Assembly (NCBI GenBank): GCA_965202785.1
Contig: OZ241855.1
Location: 1,344,001-1,408,000 of the forward strand
DNA: 64,000 nt
Origin: Thermodesulfobacteriota bacterium
GTDB taxonomy: Bacteria > Desulfobacterota_D > UBA1144 > Nemesobacterales > Nemesobacteraceae
Reading direction: 5' to 3'
The notes below the pieces were generated by a model. The model was not told where the DNA came from. It saw only the letters and a program-made list of their open reading frames with translations, and ran no database searches. This document shows positions 19,247 through 30,420 of this stretch, one piece after another. The translations under genes and the position numbers were made by a program. Position 1 is the stretch's first letter; each line of letters opens with the position of its first letter.

Positions 19247-19873
19247 TTAAAGGCTTCTCCGCTCGTCAGGAAGAACCCACTCTCTTTCGTTCACGAAAAG
19301 TTTTTCATATTTTTCTATGCTGTTTTCTAACTCAAGGGTCTGCGATATGTCATCAAGCCCTTCAAGAAGCACTTTTCTTTTGAAATCGTCTATCTCAAAT
19401 GAAAAACTTATCCCTTTCCCCGTTACGGATTTTTCAACCAAGTCAACCTCAAGGGAATAACCTTCATTTTCCCATACAATGTGGAATAACTCATCTGTTC
19501 TGTCCTTGGAAAGGACTATGGGAAGTATCGAGTTCTTAAAACAGTTGTTGTAGAAAATATCTGCGAAGGAAGGAGCCAGAATTACCCTGAACCCCGCTTC
19601 CCTTATCGCCCAGGGAGCGTGTTCCCTAGAGCTTCCGCTTCCAAAATTCTCCCGGGTCAGAAGTATGCATGCGTCCGCGTATCTCGTCTGGTTGAGCTCG
19701 AAATCCTCGTTTAATGTTCCGTCGTCGTTATATTTCCAGTCGAAAAACAGAAATTCTCCGAATCCCGTTCTCTCGATGCGTTTTAGGAACTGCTTTGGGA
19801 TTACCTGGTCGGTGTCGACGTTCATTCTGTCAAGAGCCGCTACTTTTCCCGATACTTTTTGAAGTTTCTCCAT
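19247..19873 (-). CDS. leuD: 3-isopropylmalate dehydratase small subunit
   Basis: NVDTDQVIPKQFL, NFGSGSSREHAPW, SFADIFYNN. Confidence 0.96.
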   Translation of the reverse strand: MEKLQKVSGKVAALDRMNVDTDQVIPKQFLKRIERTGFGEFLFFDWKYNDDGTLNEDFELNQTRYADACILLTRENFGSGSSREHAPWAIREAGFRVILAPSFADIFYNNCFKNSILPIVLSKDRTDELFHIVWENEGYSLEVDLVEKSVTGKGISFSFEIDDFKRKVLLEGLDDISQTLELENSIEKYEKLFVNEREWVLPDERRSL

Positions 19874-19876
19874 GTT

Positions 19877-21301
19877 TCAGATCCCCTTTTCCATTTCCCA
19901 GCCCCGCACGTCCACAAAATGTCCCGTGATTGCCGCTGCGGCCGCCATTATGGGGCTTACCAGATGGGTTCTTCCCCCTTTACCCTGGCGACCCTCGAAA
20001 TTTCTATTGGACGTGCTGGCACATCTTTCCCCGGGCGCCAGTATGTCCGGGTTCATTCCAAGACACATGCTGCATCCCGACTCGCGCCACTCAAATCCGG
20101 CCTCGGTAAATATCTTGTGAAGTTCCATTTCCTCTGCTTTTTTCTTTACGAGTTGGGAGCCTGGAACCACCATTGCGTTTACTCCATCGGCTACTTTCCT
20201 GCCTTTTACAAGCTTCGCAACCGCCAGCAGATCTTCCATTCTGGAATTCGTGCAGGAACCTATAAACACCCTGTCAACGTGTATGTCCGTTATCGGGGTG
20301 TTTGCCTTGAGGTCCATGTATTCAAGAGCCTGTTCCATTGATTTTTTCTTGCTTGGATCTTCGCACTCCCTGGGGTCGGGCACTTTTGAAGTTACGTCCG
20401 TTACCATTCCCGGGTTGGTTCCCCAGCTTACCTGCGGAGCTATCTTGCGGGCGTCAAGAGTGACTGATTTGTCGAAAACGGCGTCTGGGTCCGTGCGGAG
20501 AGTCTGCCAGTGTTCGAGGGCTTTTTCGTAATTGCTGTTTTTCGGTGCGTACCGGCGGCCCTTCACGTACTCGAAGGTCTTTTGATCGGGCGCTATCATT
20601 CCGGCCCTGGCCCCTCCCTCTATCGACATGTTGCACACCGTCATCCTTTCTTCCATGGAAAGAGCCTCTATCGCTTCTCCTCGGTATTCGACCACGGTCC
20701 CGGTGGCCCCTGCGGTTCCTATATGTCCGATTATGCCCAGAATTATATCTTTTGCCGTGACCCCGTACTGGCGTTCGCCCTCGACCCTTATTTCAAACAC
20801 CTTCGGACGGTTCTGTCTTAGGCACTGCGTCGCCAGAACATGCTCCACTTCGCTTGTTCCTATGCCGAAGGCGAGTGCTCCGAATGCTCCGTGGGTGGAA
20901 GTGTGACTGTCTCCGCACACTATGGTCATCCCGGGTTTTGTAAGGCCGAGTTCGGGACCTATAACGTGCACAATGCCCTGAGAGTGGTTGTTTATTCTTA
21001 TTCCGAAGAGCGTTACTCCGAAATCTTTGCAGTTCTGTCGCAGGGCTTCTATCTGTTTTGCGGATATGGGATCCGAAATTGGTCCGCTGCGGTCAGTGGT
21101 CGGCACGTTATGATCCATAGTGGCAAAAGTAAGATCGGGCCTTCTTACTTCTCGTCCCGTAATTCTCAGCCCTTCAAACGCCTGTGGAGAGGTAACTTCG
21201 TGAACGAGGTGAAGATCTATGTAGAGAAGGGACGGCTTGCCTTCTTCTTCGTGCACGAGGTGCGATTCCCAGATTTTATCAAAAAGAGTTTTTCCCGCCA
21301 T
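19877..21301 (-). CDS. leuC: 3-isopropylmalate dehydratase large subunit
   Basis: [45 protein letters not shown]; ATG 21301 (MAGKT). Confidence 0.97.
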   Translation of the reverse strand: MAGKTLFDKIWESHLVHEEEGKPSLLYIDLHLVHEVTSPQAFEGLRITGREVRRPDLTFATMDHNVPTTDRSGPISDPISAKQIEALRQNCKDFGVTLFGIRINNHSQGIVHVIGPELGLTKPGMTIVCGDSHTSTHGAFGALAFGIGTSEVEHVLATQCLRQNRPKVFEIRVEGERQYGVTAKDIILGIIGHIGTAGATGTVVEYRGEAIEALSMEERMTVCNMSIEGGARAGMIAPDQKTFEYVKGRRYAPKNSNYEKALEHWQTLRTDPDAVFDKSVTLDARKIAPQVSWGTNPGMVTDVTSKVPDPRECEDPSKKKSMEQALEYMDLKANTPITDIHVDRVFIGSCTNSRMEDLLAVAKLVKGRKVADGVNAMVVPGSQLVKKKAEEMELHKIFTEAGFEWRESGCSMCLGMNPDILAPGERCASTSNRNFEGRQGKGGRTHLVSPIMAAAAAITGHFVDVRGWEMEKGI

Positions 21302-21303
21302 CG

Positions 21304-22803
<1,500 letters not shown>

Positions 22804-22881
22804 TCAGCTTGGGGCCTGCAAGGTTTCAATTCATCATGATTCGACAGTTCCGCCGCCCTTTATTGAGTTGTTGCTCAAAGA

Positions 22882-22897
22882 TGTAATGTATCTTACA
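22882..22897 (+). promoter_or_regulatory. Palindromic site TGTAA-N6-TTACA (TGT-N10-ACA, UAS-like)
   Basis: TGTAATGTATCTTACA about 75 nt upstream of a sigma54-like element before amt. Confidence 0.5.
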
Positions 22898-22969
22898 ATA
22901 GGTAGAGAAAATTTTTTTCGGCAATTGTGTAATCCGGCATTATTTTAGGATTAGTCTCAACACGAACAC

Positions 22970-22985
22970 TGGAAAGCATTATGCT
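22970..22985 (+). promoter_or_regulatory. Putative sigma54 (-24/-12) promoter of amt
   Basis: TGG-AAAGCATTA-TGC has exact GG-N10-GC spacing; about 50 nt before the ATG. Confidence 0.5.
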
Positions 22986-23034
22986 CTCTCGTTGCGTGGC
23001 CGCTGTCCATCGTAGAAGGAGGTAAAAAGCAGCT

Positions 23035-24429
23035 ATGATCACCCATTACTTTCGGTTATTTAGAGACTCTCGGAGTTCTGCCGCCTGGGTTGTGACCAGA
23101 TTCGGCATTGTTGCGATACTAATGGCTTGTGTCTTGTCGCCCGCGTCCGCATGGGCCGCCATCGAAGGTGAGGCGCAGTTCGTCTTCAACACGTTTGGGT
23201 TCCTTGTGTGGGGTGCCCTCGTGATGTGGATGGCAGCGGGCTTCACAATGCTCGAGGCGGGTTCGGTACGAACGAAGAACGCCTCGGTCATTTGCTTGAA
23301 GAACATTGGTCTCTACTCCATTGCCGGACTGGCATACTACCTGATCGGTTTCAACATCATGTATGTCGGCGTCGAGCCGGGCGGCTGGTTTGGTTCGCTC
23401 GAACTCCTGTACGGCACGACTGCCGATGAAGTGGCGCTGCTGGGCGGCGAGGAGACAGCTACCGCGGCAGTTGTCGAGAGTGGCTACTCGGCGATGTCGT
23501 ACTGGTTTTTCCAAATGGTGTTCGTGGCGACCACGGCTTCGATTGTCTCGGGTGCTTTGGCCGAGCGCGTGAGGTTGTGGTCTTTCTTCGTTTTCATCGC
23601 CGTGTTGACCTCGGTCATCTACCCGGTCGTTGGCGCTTGGACCTGGGGTGGGGGCTGGTTGGCTGAATTGGGGTTCAAGGACTTCGCCGGTTCCACTGTG
23701 GTCCACTCCACGGGAGGTTGGGCGGCACTTGCGGGAGCTATCATGGTTGGGCCGCGCTCGGGCAAGTTCCGGGCTGATGGCAGTGTCAAGTCGACTCCTC
23801 CATCCAATGTTCCGGTCGTCACTCTAGGAGTCTTTATCCTGTGGATGGGCTGGTTCGGCTTCAACGGCGGTTCGCAGCTTGCCCTAAGCGGCGCACTTGA
23901 TGCCGTGGCGGTGGGCAATATCTTCTCAAACACCAACCTGGCCGCGGCGGCTGGGGTCTTGGCGGCCCTGACTCTATCCCGCCCCGTACTGGGCCGTGTC
24001 GATCTGTTTGCCGGACTTAATGGCGCTCTGGCCGGTCTCGTCGCGATCACAGCGGCCCCGGATATCGTCCAGCATCTCTGGGCGGTAGTGATCGGAGCGA
24101 TCGGGGGCATGGTTTGCCTGTTGTCCATGAAGGGTTTTGAAATGATAAAGGTCGACGACGTCGTGGGTGCTGTCCCGGTTCATCTATGCACTGGCATCTG
24201 GGGGACGTTGGCGGTCTGCATCGCCGCCGGTGGAAGCCTTTTTGCTCAGATCATAGGCATTCTGGCCATAGGCGCGTTTGTGTTTGGGCTTTCGATGCTG
24301 TTGTGGTTCCTCATCGACCGGACCTTGGGGTTGCGGGTCTCAAAGGATGTCGAGGCCATCGGCCAGGATGTGGGCGAACTGGGCATTGAAGCCTATCCAG
24401 AGTTCGTGATGATGCCGGAAGAGGACTGA
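23035..24429 (+). CDS. amtB: Ammonium transporter, copy 1
   Basis: Signal peptide, FFQMVF, SGALAER, DFAGSTVVH, WMGWFGFNGGS, DDVVGAVPVH; AAGGAGG RBS. Confidence 0.96.
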   Translation: MITHYFRLFRDSRSSAAWVVTRFGIVAILMACVLSPASAWAAIEGEAQFVFNTFGFLVWGALVMWMAAGFTMLEAGSVRTKNASVICLKNIGLYSIAGLAYYLIGFNIMYVGVEPGGWFGSLELLYGTTADEVALLGGEETATAAVVESGYSAMSYWFFQMVFVATTASIVSGALAERVRLWSFFVFIAVLTSVIYPVVGAWTWGGGWLAELGFKDFAGSTVVHSTGGWAALAGAIMVGPRSGKFRADGSVKSTPPSNVPVVTLGVFILWMGWFGFNGGSQLALSGALDAVAVGNIFSNTNLAAAAGVLAALTLSRPVLGRVDLFAGLNGALAGLVAITAAPDIVQHLWAVVIGAIGGMVCLLSMKGFEMIKVDDVVGAVPVHLCTGIWGTLAVCIAAGGSLFAQIIGILAIGAFVFGLSMLLWFLIDRTLGLRVSKDVEAIGQDVGELGIEAYPEFVMMPEED

Positions 24430-24646
24430 ATAGAGAAGAGCTCTAGGGCAATCCTCCAGTCTGGACCGCGGCCGTCCGTTCAGAGACAGGCTACAACCCG
24501 GTTGCGTCCTCAAGCAGGATTTTCCAAGCTGCGGCTTTGCGAATGCAGCACGGGCTGTATACTTAGAACCCATTTTTGCAGCCTGATCAGGCCGGGGTTT
24601 CCTCAATCGCGAGCCATGTCAGTCAAAAGGAGAATAAAAAGCAGCT

Positions 24647-26041
24647 ATGACCATCCATGATTTCCGGTTGTTTAAGGGCTGTCGGAGTTCTGCCGCCTGG
24701 GTTGTGACTAGATTCGGCATTGTCGCGATACTAATGGCTTGTGTCTTGTCGCCTGTGCCTGCATGGGCAGCCATCGAAGGTGAGGCGCAGTTCGTCTTCA
24801 ACACATTTGGGTTCCTTGTGTGGGGCGCCCTCGTGATGTGGATGGGAGCAGGCTTCACAATGATCGAAGTGGGTTCGGTACGGACGAAGAACGCTTCGGT
24901 CATCTGCCTGAAGAACATTGGTCTTTACTCCATTGCCGGACTGATGTACTACCTGATCGGCTTTAACATCATGCATGTTGGCGTTGAGCCGGGCGGCTGG
25001 TTTGGTTCGCTGGAACTCCTGTACGGCACGACTGCCGATGAAGTGGTACTGCTGGGCGGCAAGGAAACAGCCACCGCTGCTGTCGTCAAGAGCGGCCACT
25101 CGGCGATGTCGTACTGGTTTTTCCAAATGGTATTCGTGGCGACCACGGCCTCAATTGTCTCCGACGCTTTGGCCGAGCGCGTGAAGTTGTTGTCTTTTTT
25201 CGTTTTTATCGCCGTGTTGACTTCGGTCGTCTACCCAGTCGTTGGCGCCTGGGCTTGGGGTGGGGGCTGGCTGGCTGAATTGGGGTTCAAGGACTTCGCC
25301 GGTTCCACCGTGGTCCACTCCACGGGAGGCTGGGCGGCACTCGCGGGGGCTATCATGGTTGGGCCGCGCTCGGGCAAGTTCCGGGCTGATGGCAGTGTCA
25401 AGCCGACCCCTCCATCCAATGTTCCGGTCGTCACTCTCGGCGTCTTTATCCTGTGGATGGGCTGGTTCGGCTTCAACGGCGGTTCGCATCTGGCCCTCAG
25501 CGGCGCATTCGATGCCGTGGCGGTGAGCAATATCTTCTCAAACATTAACCTGGCCGCGGCGGCTGGGGTTATGGCAGCTCTGAGCCTCTCCCGTCTCGTA
25601 CTGGGCCGTGTCGACCTGCTCGCCGGACTTAACGGCGCCCTGGCTGGTCTCGTCGCGATCACAGCGGCGCCGTATATTGTCCAGCATCACTGGGCAATAG
25701 TGATCGGAGCGATTGCGGGCATGATTTGCCTGTTGTCCATGAAGTCTTTGGAAATGATAAAGATCGACGATGTCGTGGGTGCTGTCCCGGTTCATCTCTG
25801 CACTGGCATCTGGGGGACATTGGCGGTCTGCATTGCCGCCGGTGGAAGCTTTTTTGCTCAGATCATCGGCATTCTGGCCATAGGCGCGTTTGTGTTCGGG
25901 TCATCAATGCTGTTGTGGCTTGTCATCGACCGGACCTTGGGGTTGCGGGTCTCAAGGGATGTCGAGGCCATCGGCCAGGATGTGGGCAATCTGGGCATCG
26001 AAGCCTATCCAGAGTTTGTGACGATGCCGGAAGAGGACTGA
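24647..26041 (+). CDS. amtB: Ammonium transporter, copy 2 (diverged tandem paralog)
   Basis: Same 464-aa length; about 46 substitutions versus copy 1 by manual count (~90% identity). Confidence 0.94.
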   Translation: MTIHDFRLFKGCRSSAAWVVTRFGIVAILMACVLSPVPAWAAIEGEAQFVFNTFGFLVWGALVMWMGAGFTMIEVGSVRTKNASVICLKNIGLYSIAGLMYYLIGFNIMHVGVEPGGWFGSLELLYGTTADEVVLLGGKETATAAVVKSGHSAMSYWFFQMVFVATTASIVSDALAERVKLLSFFVFIAVLTSVVYPVVGAWAWGGGWLAELGFKDFAGSTVVHSTGGWAALAGAIMVGPRSGKFRADGSVKPTPPSNVPVVTLGVFILWMGWFGFNGGSHLALSGAFDAVAVSNIFSNINLAAAAGVMAALSLSRLVLGRVDLLAGLNGALAGLVAITAAPYIVQHHWAIVIGAIAGMICLLSMKSLEMIKIDDVVGAVPVHLCTGIWGTLAVCIAAGGSFFAQIIGILAIGAFVFGSSMLLWLVIDRTLGLRVSRDVEAIGQDVGNLGIEAYPEFVTMPEED

Positions 26042-26146
26042 TTAGAGCGCTAGGGTAATCATCCAGTCCGGACCGCAGGCGTCCAGTTGCGTTCTCAATC
26101 GGGATGCCCCAGGCTTTGGAGTCACGACTTGCTATGGGCGACAGAG

Positions 26147-26842
26147 CTAAATCGGGCCGCTCGGTCTGTCCTTGATGATCTCCCCGTCCTTCAGGTTTAT
26201 TACTCTCTTTGAGCGAGAAGCTATGTCTTCTTCGTGCGTTATCATTACTATCGTTTTTCCCTGTTCGTTCAGTTCTTTGAATATCTTCATTATTTCGTAA
26301 CTCGTTGCCGTATCCAGGTTTCCGGTTGGTTCATCTGCCAGTATCATCCTCGGGTTGTTTACAACCGCCCTGGCTATTGCCACCCTCTGCTGCTGTCCCC
26401 CCGAGAGCTGGTTGGGAAGATGATCCGCTCTGTCTGCGAGTCCCACGAGAGAAAGTGCGGCTGAGGCAAGCTTCTTTCTCTGGGCTCCCGGGATGCCTGA
26501 GTAGACCAGAGGCAGTTCCACGTTTTCAAGCGCAGTGGTTCGCGCCAGCAGGTTAAAGCTCTGGAAGACAAAGCCAATCTTCGTGCTCCGTATTTCCGCC
26601 TTCTCATCGCTTTCGAGTTCCATTATATCGGTACCGTCAAGCATGTAGTCTCCACTGCTCTGCGTGTCGAGACAGCCGAGAATGTTCATAAGGGTGCTTT
26701 TGCCGGACCCCGAAGATCCCATAATGGCGACGAATTCTCCTTGTGCAACCTCAAGGTTTATGGATCGAAGCGCCTCAACCTCGACTTTTCCGTTCGAGTA
26801 GGTTTTACCGATGTTCTTAAGCTTGATTACGGGTGGTGTCAT
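26147..26842 (-). CDS. ABC transporter ATP-binding protein (MacB/LolD type)
   Basis: [48 protein letters not shown]. Confidence 0.93.
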   Translation of the reverse strand: MTPPVIKLKNIGKTYSNGKVEVEALRSINLEVAQGEFVAIMGSSGSGKSTLMNILGCLDTQSSGDYMLDGTDIMELESDEKAEIRSTKIGFVFQSFNLLARTTALENVELPLVYSGIPGAQRKKLASAALSLVGLADRADHLPNQLSGGQQQRVAIARAVVNNPRMILADEPTGNLDTATSYEIMKIFKELNEQGKTIVMITHEEDIASRSKRVINLKDGEIIKDRPSGPI

Positions 26843-27978
26843 CAGAATCTTTTCGGCTGGGGAAGGGCGAAGCCCGGTCCTTTGTTGTTTCCGCCGGAAA
26901 TTGTGTACTCAACCACTATTTCGTCTCCTTCGGAAAGCGGACCGCTTAGAATCTCTGTGTGGAAGTCGTCGCTTATCCCGGTTTCTATACCTACGGGGGA
27001 GAGCTTTCCTTGTCTAAGGATCCAGACGTTTTCGCCCGCCTCGGTGGTGGGGGCAGAAGATCTTGGAGGAATGAAACGAAGCGCTGCGGTAGGAACTTTA
27101 AGCACGTCTTTTTTTGTTGATATGACTATTTTGACTTCGGCGGTCATCCCAGGTTTAAGCTCGAGTTCCGGGTTCTCCACAAGGCACGTTACGTCGTAGG
27201 TAACGACGTCGTTTTTTATGCTCGGAGAGTTTGCCACCTGTTTCACCTTCGCGCTGAAATTCTTCCCGGGGAAGGCGTCAACCCTGAAAAGGGCGTCCTG
27301 CCCCTTCTTTATCTTTCCTATGTCGGCTTCGCTTACATTTGAAACCAGGTGAAGAATTCGGGGGTTTTCAGCAAGTACGTAAAGGGGGGCGGATTTGTTC
27401 GGATGTATCTGCTCGCCGATTATGATGTTCTTTTCAAGCACCATCCCATCGAGCATGGAAGTGATTCGGGTCGCGTCAAGTTTTCTCTGTGCCGTTTCCA
27501 GGTCGGCCTGGGCTTTCTCGCGTGCAGCGATTGCCGCGCTGTGTTCTGAGAGAGATAAGTTGAACTCCTCCCGGGAAATAAGCTCTTTTTCGTAGAGCCT
27601 CTTGTTTGCCCCGTGCGAGTTGGTTGAAATCTCAAGGTCGGTTGTGGTCTTCTTAAGTATCTCCTTGAAGTATTGGACGTCTCCTGAGAGGCCCTCCGGC
27701 TCTTCCATAAGGGCCAGCACCTGGCCCTTTTTGACCTCGTCGTTCACTTCGGAGCGGACTTCCTTTATCGTTCCGTTTATTTGTGAATATATTTTTGCTT
27801 CCTTAGTCGGTTTCAAGGTTCCCGAGGCTCTTACAAGGGAAGTTATGTCTCCTCTCTCGATTTTCTGCGTTACGTACCTTATCTCGCCTTCCTTTCCTCC
27901 GAAAAAGATGAAGTATCCTGCGATAACGACTACGGCGGCGAGGGCGTAGAGAAGATTTGAGCGGGGGAAATTTTTCAT
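26842..27978 (-). CDS. MacA-type periplasmic adaptor (membrane fusion protein)
   Basis: N-terminal TM, VSEADIGKI, FRVDAFP, LKPGMTA, VPTAALRF. Confidence 0.9.
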   Translation of the reverse strand: MKNFPRSNLLYALAAVVVIAGYFIFFGGKEGEIRYVTQKIERGDITSLVRASGTLKPTKEAKIYSQINGTIKEVRSEVNDEVKKGQVLALMEEPEGLSGDVQYFKEILKKTTTDLEISTNSHGANKRLYEKELISREEFNLSLSEHSAAIAAREKAQADLETAQRKLDATRITSMLDGMVLEKNIIIGEQIHPNKSAPLYVLAENPRILHLVSNVSEADIGKIKKGQDALFRVDAFPGKNFSAKVKQVANSPSIKNDVVTYDVTCLVENPELELKPGMTAEVKIVISTKKDVLKVPTAALRFIPPRSSAPTTEAGENVWILRQGKLSPVGIETGISDDFHTEILSGPLSEGDEIVVEYTISGGNNKGPGFALPQPKRF

Positions 27979-29204
27979 TTTATCTCTTTTCCGCAGAGAC
28001 TTAGCAGCCTTAGCCTTACTATTTTATAGTCATATATGGAGTTTTTGTAGTCCGCTACCGCTTCTTGGTAAAGCGTCTGCGCTCGGGCAAATTCTATTTT
28101 CGAAGCGCTTCGCGACTCGTATCTTTCCTTGACCAGAAGCAGGTTTTTCTCCGATATCGATTCTGAATCCTCAAGTATTTTTATTTTTTTCTCAAGGTGC
28201 TTGAGTTTGAGATAGAGTTCCCCGACCGAAAGAATGATCCTGTTTCTGAGCAGCTCGGTCTGCGCCTCATTCCTTGTGAGCTCACCCTTTGACTGCGCCA
28301 TCTGGCCGAACCTTGAAAATCCCTCAAAGATGGGAATCTTAACGCCGAGCCCGGCTATAAAAGCCGGCGTCTCGGCGCCTGCTCCTTCAAATCTGTACGC
28401 TGCCCTGCCGAATATCGACGGAAGAAATCTCCCCCTGTTCTCTGAAATCGAGGCCTTTATTCCGTCGCGGTCCGCCAGGAGGCTCTTTATATCCGTGTTT
28501 GCGGAAAGGGCGAAGCTGACAAGATCTTCTCTGGTTTCGTATACCTTCTCATAGGCAAGATCCTCACGGATGTCGAATTGCCCGAGTGAGGGGTCGTTCA
28601 TCAGATGTTTTAGGTTGAGCATGGCGAGTTCGTAGGAGTTTTCTCTTGAAACCAATTCAAGTTTTGCCTGTTGCAGGTCGATTTCCGCCTGGCTTAGCTG
28701 CTGGGCGGATTTTTTCCCGACGGCGAAAAGCTCTTCTGTTTTTTCAAGGAGCCATTCCCTGCGCTTGGTTTCTGTAGCTGCTCCGTCGAGCCGGTTTTTC
28801 TCGGAAAGTGCCTGATAGTAGGCGATGCGCGTGTCGCGCACAAGCATTGTTTCTGAGCCCGTAAGCAAGTATCTCGCGGATTCCAGGTGATGTCCCCTTG
28901 CCCTTATCCTGGCTTTTGTCTTCCCGAAATCCCATATCATCTGGTCGACGTAAAAACCGGACTCCCTTCCCACAAACGGCACTACGAGTTTTCCGCTAAG
29001 CTGGGGATAAAGGGGGGCTTTCGCCTGCCTGAGTATTGATTTCGAGATATCGACCTCGGAACGGGAAATCCGGAGCTCCGGGCTGTTGAGCAGCGCTATC
29101 TCGACGGCCCGTTCAACCGGGATTACTTCCTGTGCCCAAGTGGTCTGGGAAAGCAGCAGCAGTGAACTGAGAAGAAGAAGGAGATTTTTCGGTATACTCA
29201 TCAT
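27975..29204 (-). CDS. TolC family outer membrane efflux protein
   Basis: Signal peptide, ALLNSPEL, IWDFGK, IPIFEGF repeats; operon with adaptor and ABC ATPase. Confidence 0.88.
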   Translation of the reverse strand: MMSIPKNLLLLLSSLLLLSQTTWAQEVIPVERAVEIALLNSPELRISRSEVDISKSILRQAKAPLYPQLSGKLVVPFVGRESGFYVDQMIWDFGKTKARIRARGHHLESARYLLTGSETMLVRDTRIAYYQALSEKNRLDGAATETKRREWLLEKTEELFAVGKKSAQQLSQAEIDLQQAKLELVSRENSYELAMLNLKHLMNDPSLGQFDIREDLAYEKVYETREDLVSFALSANTDIKSLLADRDGIKASISENRGRFLPSIFGRAAYRFEGAGAETPAFIAGLGVKIPIFEGFSRFGQMAQSKGELTRNEAQTELLRNRIILSVGELYLKLKHLEKKIKILEDSESISEKNLLLVKERYESRSASKIEFARAQTLYQEAVADYKNSIYDYKIVRLRLLSLCGKEIK

Positions 29205-29236
29205 GTGGCAACCGCCGGTGTGCCGCTTGAGTGCGG

Positions 29237-30418
29237 ATGAAACAGAATATCAATAAAGACCAGACGCCTCTTGGCGTATATGTCCATATTCCCTACTGTC
29301 TTACCAAATGTCCGTATTGTGATTTTAACTCCTATGGGACTAATGGCAACTTTCCGGAAGATGATTACGTCCGTGCCCTGGAGCGGGAAATTGAAAGTTT
29401 CCGGGGCATTATTGAAGGCAAAGAGATAAGCACGGTGTTTTTCGGGGGAGGGACCCCGTCACTTTTAAAGCCCGGAAGCGTAGGGATGGTAATGGAGAAA
29501 CTCGCCTCGATTGCTTCCTTCTCGCCCAAGGTGGAAGTGAGCCTCGAGGTAAACCCGAGAACCGCCGACAGGGAAAAGCTTGTTTCCCTCATGCGCTCTG
29601 GGGTAAACAGGATAAGCGTCGGCGTGCAGTCTTTTTCGCAGAGAAAACTTGATTTCTACGGGAGATTCACCACTCCGGATGACTGTGTCCGCGCGCTTGT
29701 TGACGTCCGGGACGCCGGTTTTCACAACTATAATCTTGATCTTATATACGGAAGCTCGCAGGAAACCCGGGAAGAGTTTGAAGAAGATATCCGCACTGCC
29801 CTGAGCTTCTCGCCGACCCACATATCCGCCTATTGCCTTACGATTGAGCCCGGTACCGAGTTTGCGACGCTTCGGCGCAAAGGGAAACTCTCTGTTCCCG
29901 ATGATTCGGTTCTGGTCGGGTTCATGCGGAGCGCGCGGGAGATTCTTGAAGCAGAAGGGTACGGCAATTACGAAGTATCGAATTTTGCCCGGCGCGGCTA
30001 TGAGTGCAGGCATAACCTTATTTACTGGAACTGTCATGATTACTTGGGCGTGGGTGCCGGGGCTCATTCCCACATCAGCTGTGGAGGAGAGGGATGGGGA
30101 AGAAGATGGTCAAACGTAAGGAATCCCGAACTTTACATAAAGCGAGTTGCGGGGGACGGAAATGCCGTCTGTGTCTCTTATGATCTATCGCGGACAACGG
30201 CCCTTGAAGACACTCTTCTTATGGGGCTTCGGCTAAGCGACGGGATAGGGATTGAAGACGTAAAGAAACGCTTCGGCTGCGAACCTGATGCCTCCGGCCT
30301 CGAATACCTTGAATCTGACGGTTTTATTCTCACCGACGGCGGCCGTCTCAGGCTGACAGCCAAGGGAAGGGTATTCACCGATGAGTTGGTTGCAAGGGTG
30401 TGCGGGGCTTTTCACTGA
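29237..30418 (+). CDS. hemW: Radical SAM heme chaperone HemW
   Basis: YVHIPYC..KCPYCDF, FGGGTPS, YEVSNFA, HNLIYW, GVGAGAH. Confidence 0.9.
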   Translation: MKQNINKDQTPLGVYVHIPYCLTKCPYCDFNSYGTNGNFPEDDYVRALEREIESFRGIIEGKEISTVFFGGGTPSLLKPGSVGMVMEKLASIASFSPKVEVSLEVNPRTADREKLVSLMRSGVNRISVGVQSFSQRKLDFYGRFTTPDDCVRALVDVRDAGFHNYNLDLIYGSSQETREEFEEDIRTALSFSPTHISAYCLTIEPGTEFATLRRKGKLSVPDDSVLVGFMRSAREILEAEGYGNYEVSNFARRGYECRHNLIYWNCHDYLGVGAGAHSHISCGGEGWGRRWSNVRNPELYIKRVAGDGNAVCVSYDLSRTTALEDTLLMGLRLSDGIGIEDVKKRFGCEPDASGLEYLESDGFILTDGGRLRLTAKGRVFTDELVARVCGAFH

Positions 30419-30420
30419 AA

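Larger units (their letters stand above)
23016..26115 (+). repeat. Tandem duplication of amt plus flanks (units ~23016-24530 and ~24627-26115; CDS offset 1612 bp)
   Basis: Shared RBS region AAGGAG..TAAAAAGCAGCTATG and shared 3' flank (CTAGGG.AATC.TCCAGTC.GGACCGC...GTTGCGT.CTCAA). Confidence 0.92.

Noticed and set aside
23046-26058. Multiple antisense and alternate-frame ORFs duplicated over both amt copies
   Set aside because: These are shadows of GC-rich coding sequence and recur only because amt is duplicated.
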